From: the human T2T-CHM13v2.0 reference genome, Homo sapiens
Length of the DNA: 64,000 nt
NCBI RefSeq assembly: GCF_009914755.1
Contig: NC_060932.1
Strand: one strand, 5' to 3'
A program made the translations under genes and the position numbers. The notes under the pieces are model-generated. The model saw only the letters and a list, made by a program, of their open reading frames with translations. It ran no database searches and was not told where the DNA came from. Positions 55,050 to 64,000 of the stretch are shown piece by piece. How positions within the stretch are numbered: the first letter of the stretch is position 1; each line of letters opens with the position of its first letter.

Positions 55050-55270
55050 GGTGAATGGAGAGTGGGGATTACACAGTACAAGACATTTTCTCACGTACTG
55101 TTTTCTTCAGTTTACATGGAATCCTAAGAGATATTATTGTGTCAACATTCATAATAACCAAATCATTTTACAGGGGAGAAAACTGAGGCCCAGAGAGATG
55201 AAGGCCCCCAAAGTCACACGGCAATTTGGTGGTGCCAGAATTTGAATCCACATCTGTCTGACTCTACTAC
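55050..55270 (-). mobile_element. MIR SINE
   Basis: cattttacaggggagaaaactgaggcccagagag...aagtcacacggc. Confidence 0.8.
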
Positions 55271-56324
55271 CACCCCACTACAGTTGACTTGGGGCAAGAT
55301 GGGTGTCCCAAAGCATTTGGGTTGATTTAGATTTTTTCTGGAGTGGTTCTACAGATCTTTCCCCCAGGTGAGGCAGGTGCCCTCCCTTTCCTGGGAACAG
55401 GCCACTCTCAGTGTTTGGGAAGGAAGGGACAGCAACATGTGGTGGGGTCAAAGGCATCAGGTGCTGGCCGCTGTCATTCCCAGTGGGAAATGGATCAACT
55501 TCTCAGGAACCTGAGCAGGAGCTGGAAGTCCTCCCTCTGCAGGCAGGATCTCAGGTGATGGCCCTGAACAGGTGATTGTTTTGCAACTAGTCAGGGAGGG
55601 TGGACAGGTCTTGAAGTCTGAGAAGGCACAGATTTCCAGACCAGGTCTCACCCAGGAGATTCAAAGGGCAGGATTGCGCAAGGACGACCTCTACTTGGGC
55701 CCAGAAAACGAGAAAGTCAGCTTCTTTTCCGTGTACTGTGAGTGAGTCACCTTTCCCAGAAGCCAGGCCATTCTCTGGTTCCTCCTGCAGGCTCAGAGTG
55801 GCCTGGCTAGGGTGGAGCAGAGCAGGGAAGGTGAGGAGCCAGTGACAACTCCGTCTTCCCCATCTCCGTAGGGAGCATGGAGCTTAGTGCATTAGACTGG
55901 GTAAGAACCCATCACGCATCCCCAACCCTCTGCACCCCATCCACATGTCACAAGGTCACAGCTGGGTACCGAGGCTGGCATGGGGCAGATCACTGTGCCT
56001 GTGGTGCGGAATGGGATGTGTGTGTGTGTGTATAAAAGCCATGGAAGCCATGGTACAATCTGAGGGCCAGACAAGCTTTTTGTTCCCCAATCTCATCTTT
56101 CCTGCTTGGTGTAGACGGGCTTCAAAGTCAGACATCTGGGTTCCAATTTCAGCTCTCCCCCTTCATTCCCACCTCCCCAGCCCACCTCCCAGCCCTTGGA
56201 GCTCATACTTACAGAGCAACCTTGGACAGGTCATTCCAACCTGCTTAAGCCTCAGTTTTTCTCCTCTGTGTAATGGGGATAACATTACCCACTTCTCAGA
56301 GTTGTGAATTATCAAGCAGATTAA

Positions 56325-56723
<399 letters not shown>

Positions 56724-58067
56724 TAGCCCTGTGTTCCATCTCTAACCCTCTGGCTAATCCTACCCCTCCTGGGCTTCCGGCTGATCAGTTGTAAAGTACA
56801 GCTCCCTCGTGGAGCTGCTGTAAGGATCAAATAAGATACCGCTCTTGCCATGTATAAGGCACCCAGCAAAAGTGTTAATTGCCTTCTCCATTCAGGCTCA
56901 TTTCCTCATGATTTTGCTGAGAAAAGAGAGTTGGATCTGAAGATGTCAAATTATTCCAAAGATTGATCTTTCCTAGGTTCCTACTTTATTAGATGGGATA
57001 AGAATAGCATATATCTCATAAAGCTGTTGTGAGGCTAATTGAGTTGATATGAGTACCAGGAAGTGCCCCATAAATGTCAGCTTCATGGCTGGCTATATAT
57101 AGTTCTTCATTCTGCTGGTGATGCAGCCCTGGCCGGTGCCTTGGCCTGACTGATCAGGGCCAAGGTGACACCCTGCAGTGACAGGTCTGGGTAGTGACGA
57201 GCAAAGCTGGTTGGGTAGGGGCAGCCAGGTCCTTACTGAGACCCAAAGAACAGCTTGGGCATTATTTTGTAACAGAGATTGCCTTTGGTCTTGGCTAGTT
57301 CCAGAGAAGGCTGGAAAAAGGAATGTCTGTGACCACCAGGCTGCAGGGAAATGGGATGCTCCTACATTTTGTCATGGCTGAGGGAGCAGATGAGGACCAC
57401 AGCAGAACAGGTGGGGGTCTTTTAGTGGATGCTGACCAGCTAGGAGGCCACAGCTGGATGGAAGCTGGGGGAATAACCCCAGTCCCATCGTGTGGGGCAG
57501 TAGACACTGGGCAGGGGCCCCAGAGCCTGCACATGGCCAAGTCAGTCAAGATGTGCCTCCTTCTAGGGAACTGACAGAGAGTGGGTTCTGTTGCCCCAAA
57601 GAGTCCAGTGCTCTTTCCATGAGATCATGTTTGCCCAGAATCATGGACCCCTGCCCCGAGAGCTCACCATCAACTCATGGCAGGTGGTCAGCTGGATGCT
57701 CAGGGACCACAGAGGAAGGAGAGAGATTCAGAGAAAGTTTGTGGAAGAGGCAACACGTAAGCCAGGCTTTTTAGGAGGAGATGAGGAAGAAAGTTGTTGT
57801 CCCCACTTCCTCATCTCCACCTCATGTCTCCACCTCTATCAATTGCAATCTGGCTTCTCTTACACATGAAACTACTCTTGTCAGGGTCATCCGTGACCTT
57901 CTGTGGTCAATCCAAAGGGCACATCGTGGTCCTGCTCTTAAATAATATGGGGGTCACATTTGACGCTGTAGCTCACTTCTCCCTGGACTTCTGGTTCTCC
58001 TTTTGCCTCCCTGATGTTCCTCCTCATTTTCCTTTGTGAGGTCATCTTTCTCTGTTACCTATCATTT

Positions 58068-58215
58068 ATCCATCCACCCACCCATCCATTCATCCACTTG
58101 TCCATTGATCCACTTATCCATCCATCCTTCCATCCATCCATCCATCCATCCATCCATCCATCCATCCATCCATCTATCCGCCCACTCACCCATTCATTTA
58201 TTCTATCTATCTATC
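58068..58215. repeat. (CATC)n tetranucleotide microsatellite with degenerate flanks
   Basis: pure run ~58130-58172. Confidence 0.95.
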
Positions 58216-58221
58216 TTTGTA

Positions 58222-58450
58222 CTTAAGGAGAATTTAAAGAAGGTGCTATTTATAAAAGAAAGAGATACTGCAGCACTCCAGGGCTGACCATATTAGGGAT
58301 CCATTAGCAGCCCTAGGCCTTAAGATCAAGTGGCTTTCAGAACCCAGAGTGAAGTTATAAGGGGGCTTCCTGTTGGGAGCTGAGTCCTTCAGCCTGGGGA
58401 CATGGCCAACAAGGGATGTAAACATCGGACTTGACTCTCTTCCCCACAGT
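58222..58450. mobile_element. LTR33-like ERVL LTR fragment
   Basis: gaatttaaagaaggtgctatttat...cagcactccagggctg...ccctaggcct. Confidence 0.45.
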
Positions 58451-59029
58451 GATGTGACTCATGGCTGTGTTCTTTCCTCTGAGACTGGAAAGGAGCACCC
58501 CTCCTTTCTGCTCACACCCCCGCCCCCAGGACTTTTCTCTACTCCAGTGACTGATGCCCCCCGAGTTGCTAGCTCTGGCCCAGACTCCTCTACTGACAAC
58601 CTACCTGAACACCCAACTCTCTACTCACTGGAACCCTGCGGCTGTCCCTCAGGTCTCACAAACCCAGCCTGCCCACAGAACTCATGGTCTTTCCCCAGGC
58701 TGTTTATCTCCCATGTTCTCTGTCTGTGTGAATGGCCACTCTCCTTGTCACCTGAGTCCACGGCTGGGACTCATTCCTGCTCCTGTTCCTCCTTTACTGT
58801 CCCTATCCATCGCCAAGTCCTGTCCAATCCTCACCCAGAAATGGACAGATGCATCCCTCCCTCCCATCCTCACTCCTGGTGCCTTTGCTTAAGTTCTTCT
58901 CATCTCTGCTGCTCTGTATCACCACAATTGCTTCCTAATTCACCTTCCGACTCCCATCTCACATCCTATGGCAGGGGCTGCTGGTTGCCTCTTAAGGCCC
59001 ATCATTCTCTCTCCATTGCTTAGTTATAC

Positions 59030-59762
59030 CCAATTTTCAGTTAGGTAAGTGATCAGTGATCTAAAAGACAATATTTGCCAGACTTACTTGTGGCTAGAAT
59101 TGGCCAAGTGACTAAGTTCTATATGAAGATATAGGCTGGGTGCGGTCGCTCAAGCCTGTAATCCCGGCACTTTGGGAGGCCAAGGTGGGTGTATCACTTG
59201 AAGTCAGGAGTTTGAGACCAGCCTGGCCAACATGGTGAAATCTCTTTGCTACTAAAAATACAAAAATTAGCGGGGGTGTGGTGGCACGTGCCTATAATCC
59301 AAGCTACTTGGGAGATTGAGGTAGGAGAATCTCTTGAACCCGGGAGGCAGAGGTTTCAGTGAGCCGAGTTTGCACCACTGGACTCCAGCCTGGATGACAG
59401 AGTAAGACTCCGTCTCAAAACAAAACAACAAAACAAAACAAAAAACAGATGAAGATATAAGCAGAAATGACCTGTAGAAGTGCTGGGAAGTCTCCTTAAA
59501 ATGGAAAGGGCGTGCTCTTCTTTCTCCTGACTCTATCTGCTGCCTGGAACATGGATGATGGCCCAAGCTGTAGCAACTTCCTTGGACTATGTGGGTAATC
59601 ACCTTCCACAGCTGAAAGGATGAATTGTAAGAAGTATATCAACCATAAGTCACTATCTCTGGACTTCTTCAATGAAAGAGTGAAATAAAGGCCTAATTTG
59701 TTTAAGCCACGGTTATTTTTTGTTTCTTTGTGATTTTTAGCTACACATAATTCTAACTGATG
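59030..59762 (+). mobile_element. MLT1J-like LTR split by Alu
   Basis: ggccaagtgactaagttct...ctgcctggaacatgga...gaaataaag...tgtttaagccac...taactgat. Confidence 0.7.
59134..59447 (+). mobile_element. AluS with (CAAAA)n tail
   Basis: TSD ATGAAGATATA. Confidence 0.95.
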
Positions 59763-59769
59763 TGTCTTC

Positions 59770-60270
59770 TACCCACGGGGATGGTTGCAGATGCTTCTGT
59801 GCCCCGTGTGCCTCTTTGGACCACTGAGTTGAGCACAGCTGTGAGGGCAGTTCTGTTCAAACATGTAGGGCGTGTTCAAAGCCACAGAAGGCCAGTCGGC
59901 CCCTGCCCAGGCACAGCCTGGAATAGAAATGAAGACTCCAAAAGAACGGAGTTGGGAGAGAGGCAGGTGCTGAAAAGATTTCCTACTGGGTCCTAGGGGA
60001 GAGTTGATGCCTTCTACGGGCAGCCCTCAATCAACGGGAGATGAAAGTTGGTAACCATACGAGGTTCATTCATGATTTCTCGGAGGGTCCCAGCAGGCCT
60101 GGGCTCTGGCTGCCCATGGAGGTAACCAGCTCAACCACACACCCTTTCCAATCTTTTCTCCCACCCCTGTCTCATTCTTTTCACTGTCACTGCTGCTTTC
60201 TGGAGTCACCTCTCAGATAAGCCACCTCCACAAATGTTCTGGTCTCAGGCTCTGCCATTGAGCTAAAATG
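59770..60270 (+). mobile_element. LTR16-like ERVL LTR
   Basis: gagggtcccagcagg...ggtaaccagctc...tcacctctcagataagcc...tctcaggctctgc. Confidence 0.55.
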
Positions 60271-61199
60271 TAGCTCTATTTGGGCCCTTCCCCTCCAAAA
60301 GTCCCTCTGGAGCCCACAGAATCCTGGATGATGATGTGATCCCTTGGTCTGGCTGCTGCCTCTGATCACCTCCTCCCTGCTGCTCTGTCCCGTGCCCTCA
60401 GCACCCCCTGTGTGACCCTTGCTCCAGCCATGCCAGGCCATAGCAGTTCTCTGAAGGGCCCTGCAGTGTCACACTCTGGTGCCTTTTCATAGACTGGATC
60501 ACCCTTTCTTTACCCTTCCCCAGCTCATCTCAAGTTCAGCTGGAGCTGTTCCTTGTCTAGGGTCCCATTCCTCTTTTCCACCATCCTGGCAGTGTCTACG
60601 CAGCCACCTCTTTCTCCTTTTTGACTTTGTGCTTCTTTTTAGGGCAGAGACTACACACACCCTATTCAGTTTTAGATTCTGGACACAGCGCTGAGCTGGG
60701 GCACAGTTGAAACTCAGTGTTTGTTGCATGGCAGAAGGGGTAGGGGCAGGGCCAGGCTGAGCAAGGCCCAGAGAGGGGCACATGCATGGTGGCCTGATGT
60801 GTTCCTGGATTGACAAGTGGACCGCATGTCCGAGATCCCTCACTCCAGCATCCAGTTTCTCCCAGATTTGATCTCTCTCATCTTTTCAGCTTCAGCTCCT
60901 AAACCTCTCCTCTGGTTCAGAGCTCCAATCCCACCAGCATCTGTCCTGCCCTGAACACACTCTGTGTTCTCAAGCCACTGTGACTCAGGCCATGCTCGTC
61001 CCTTTGCCTGGATGGCTTCCCTTCCCCCTTGGCCTTCCACCTTGCTAGGGAATTTCTCCCTGCCCTTCAAGGCCTGTATCAAATACATCTGCATCCATAA
61101 GCCCTTCTCTGCCAGGGACTGTGCTTTGTACATTGCGGGTTCTTAGGAAAGCTTATTGTGGATGTATTAGGTATATTGGGTAGGGTGGGGGACATGTAT

Positions 61200-61420
61200 G
61201 TATTTATTTAACAAACATTTACACAGAGCTTAGTATATTCTAGGCACTATTCTACATGCCGTACCCATATGAACTAATTTAATATACATAACAATCGTAT
61301 AAGGAAGGTACTGTTATTGTTCCCATTTTACAGATTATAAAACTGAGGCACAGAGAGGTTAAGTAACTTGTCCAAGGTTACACTGCTAGAAAGTGCTAGA
61401 GACAGGATGTGTTGACCCAA
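61200..61420 (-). mobile_element. MIR SINE
   Basis: cccattttacaga...aactgaggcacagagaggttaagtaacttgtccaagg. Confidence 0.9.
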
Positions 61421-61499
61421 GTGGAGCAGGAGAGATGGTGACAGGTTTCTTTTTAAATCAATGCTATGGAGTAGATGGAGAACATCAATTGCTTGGTGT

Positions 61500-61800
61500 T
61501 TCTTTTTTTTTTTTTCATCTAAATTTTAGATCTGGTAGGTCCATGTGCAGGTTTTTGACATGGGTGTATGGTGTGATGCTGAGGTTTTGGCCTCTATTGA
61601 TCTTTTCACCCAGATAGTGAACATAGTACCCAACAGGAGGCTTTTCAGCCCTTGCCTCCCTCCCTTCCTCCTTTTAGCATACCCAGTGTCTTTGTTCCCA
61701 TCTTTACGTCTGGGTGTGCTCAGGCTTTAGCTCCCACTTGTAAGTGATAACATGCAGTATTTGGTTTTCTGTTTCTGTGTTAATTCACTTGGGATACTGG
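61500..61800 (-). mobile_element. Old L1PA (PA15-17-like) 3' end
   Basis: poly-T, catgtgcaggttt...tgtgatgctgaggttt...ttagctcccacttgtaagtgataacatgcagtatttggttttctg. Confidence 0.85.
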
Positions 61801-62323
61801 CAAATCAACTTCCCCTTCTGGGAGCTCCATGGCTGAGCTGGGCTGAGGACAGCAGCTTTCAGAAACCCTGCAGGTGTCCGGGACATCTGGCCACAGGGGC
61901 CACTGAATGGCTCTAGAGGCCCAAGCTTCAGGTGGGCCATGAGTATGGGCCTGGCCTTCATCAGGCAGGGCAAGGGACGAGGCTTCCTGGCAGGAAATCT
62001 GCTCCTCTGACTTGCACCAGCCTCCTTTCTGCTCTGCCTTGGAGAGTGCGGTGGGAGATGGCAAAGAATATCCAGGATAAGGTTTGTAAATGGATGAAGG
62101 GTTCACAAGAAGACCCTGGGACTAGCAGGCAGGGACTTTGACTCAATGTGCTGAGTGATTTCAGCGGCAACTCACTTCCCTTCTATGGGCCTCAGTTTCT
62201 CCATTTGTGAAATGCAAAGACTGGGCTGGATGCTCACGAAGGGCTCTCCCAGCATGTTCTTTAATAATTCTAGCTACATAGGTATTGTCTTGGGGAGCAG
62301 AAGGGAGGAGGGAAATTGGGATA

Positions 62324-62706
62324 TGTTATGGGCTGAATTTACATATTCAAAATTCATATGTTGAAGTCTGAACCTTCAATATCTTTAAATGTGACTGTAC
62401 TTGGGAAGGATCTTTAAGAGGTAATGAAGGTTTAATGAATCTTTGGGGTGGGCCCTAATCCAATATGACTGGTGTCCTTGTAAGAAGAGGATATTAGGTC
62501 ACAGACACCCACAGAGGAAGGACACATGAAGACACATGGAAGAGACGGGCATTTTCAAGCCCAGGAGAATGGCCTTAGAAAACACCAAACCTGCTGACAC
62601 TTTAAACTTGGACTTCTGGCCTCTAAAATTATGAGAAAATAAATGTGTTCTTTTAAGATGCTCAGTCTGTGGTACTTGGTTCTGACAGCCCTAGCAAATC
62701 AATGCA
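62324..62706 (+). mobile_element. MLT1A0-like solo LTR
   Basis: tgttatgggctgaa...gggtgggccctaatccaatatgactggtgtccttgtaagaagagg...cagccctagcaaa. Confidence 0.88.
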
Positions 62707-63209
62707 AGGTAACACCATAAGCTGATCCAACTGCAGTGTCCTCCAGCCACAGTACCTTGGTTCTTGTGGGGTCAGACTAGCCAAAGAGTATGGGAGGCAA
62801 GGGGAGAGGCTCAGCGTAGATCATCTTGAACAACATGCATTGAGCCTACTTTGCAGTCAGGGCTGAATTGGTGCACCCTACCCCTGCCCTCAAGGAGCCC
62901 TTGATCCCATGAGGGAGACGGACTTACAGTGAGGAATACTTGTTGTGTGAATCGTGGTGATGAAACATACACAGCACAGACACAGGCCTGGGGAGGGAAC
63001 AGTCCATTGTCCAGATGACTTCACTGAGGAGAGCTTGGAAGGGCCAGCTGTGGTGTCCAGCGATCAGAGAATGGAGGGAAGAGCATCCCAGCAGAGTGAT
63101 CAGCATTTGCAAAGGCACAGAGGCACAAACATTTCCCTGGGGCAACTGAAATATGAGACTGGAGAGCAGAGCTGGGGAGGCCCTGAGGGAATGCAGCTTA
63201 TAAACATGG

Positions 63210-63420
63210 GGACCCTGGAGCCAGCCCATTGGAACTCAGCAGGGCCACTTCCTAGCTGGGTGACCCTCAGCAGGTTACTTGGCCTCTTGGAACCTCAGTG
63301 TTCTCATCTGCAAAATGGTGATGGCGATAGTACCTACCTTAGAGGATTGCCTCAGAGACTAAGTAGGTAAATATCTACAGCATGCTTTGAACAGTACCCT
63401 GCATGTGAATGGTACTTCAG
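63210..63420 (+). mobile_element. MIR SINE
   Basis: cctcagtgttctcatctgcaaaatgg...agtacctacctt. Confidence 0.8.
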
Positions 63421-63878
63421 CAACTCTGGCTGTCAGCTCAGCTCTGGTTTTCACACCTGCTCTCCCACAGAGTGGCTGAAATGATTATTTCATCAACCCT
63501 TTTGGTTGGGCACAGTGGGGAGTGAGGTCAGTGTAGAACATCAATCTTCGTTAGCTAGAACTGGGAACTGAGAGGTGCAGAGAATCCTGGAAATGCAAGG
63601 AGAACTTGCCAGAAAGCATTTCAGCAGGGTTCCAGGAGGCCTGCTGCTGAAGGGGGCAACCTTTGTGGCCCTAAAACTCTGTGACGCACGTAGGGGAAGG
63701 AACTGAAAAGGGGACCTGAAAGATATGTTTTCTCAGTAACAGGCACAAGAGGCAGCAGGGGTGGAGGAACAGTGTTTTGGAGACTCCGAGGAGTAGAATT
63801 GCTGGCTCTCAGGGCTGGGAGGCCCTGTTTAACTTTACAGTGTTTGATATGATAAAAAGATGCAAATAGTTACCCTCA

Positions 63879-64000
63879 TTTTTTTTTTTTTGAGATGGAG
63901 TCTTGCTCTGTTGCCCAGGCTGGAGTGCAGTGTGGCGTGATCTTGTCTTACTGCAATCTCCGCCTCCCGGGTTTAAATGATTCTCCTCTCTCAGCCTCCT
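63879..64000 (-). mobile_element. Alu (runs off the window end)
   Basis: poly-T then gagatggagtcttgctctgttgcccaggctggagtgcag. Confidence 0.95.

Noticed and set aside
58373-59023. Longest ORF (216 aa)
   Set aside because: Starts at a non-ATG codon, is S/P/L/C-rich as expected from CT-rich L2/LTR-derived DNA, and shows no recognisable domain.

Overview
Anthropoid primate (human-like) non-coding DNA, either intronic or intergenic. It is built mostly from interspersed repeats: about 21 Alu/FLAM copies, many MIR and L2 fragments, four L1 3' ends plus older L1-like fragments, MaLR LTRs (THE1, MST, MLT1), LTR16/LTR33-like ERVL LTRs, and hAT/Tc-mariner DNA-transposon remnants, along with microsatellites. 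I found no credible protein-coding exon, RNA gene, CpG island or CRISPR array, and the supplied ORFs look like chance or repeat-derived frames. The most notable feature is missed by the ORF track: a ~4.7 kb decayed autonomous hAT (Tip100/Zaphod-type) transposon on the minus strand at ~15.0-19.8 kb. Its transposase motifs are still readable in the correct order, despite seven later insertions, one of them an L2 fragment. Other points of interest are two short tandem amplifications that multiply transcription-factor motifs (49 bp x2 with ETS; 47 bp x3 with CCAAT), several nested insertions with intact TSDs, a rearranged Alu, a rearranged MADE1, and a few repeat-poor candidate regulatory segments. 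Repeat family names come from recall of consensus sequences and were not checked by alignment. I cannot identify the locus, and I see no support for a wholly new biological system.
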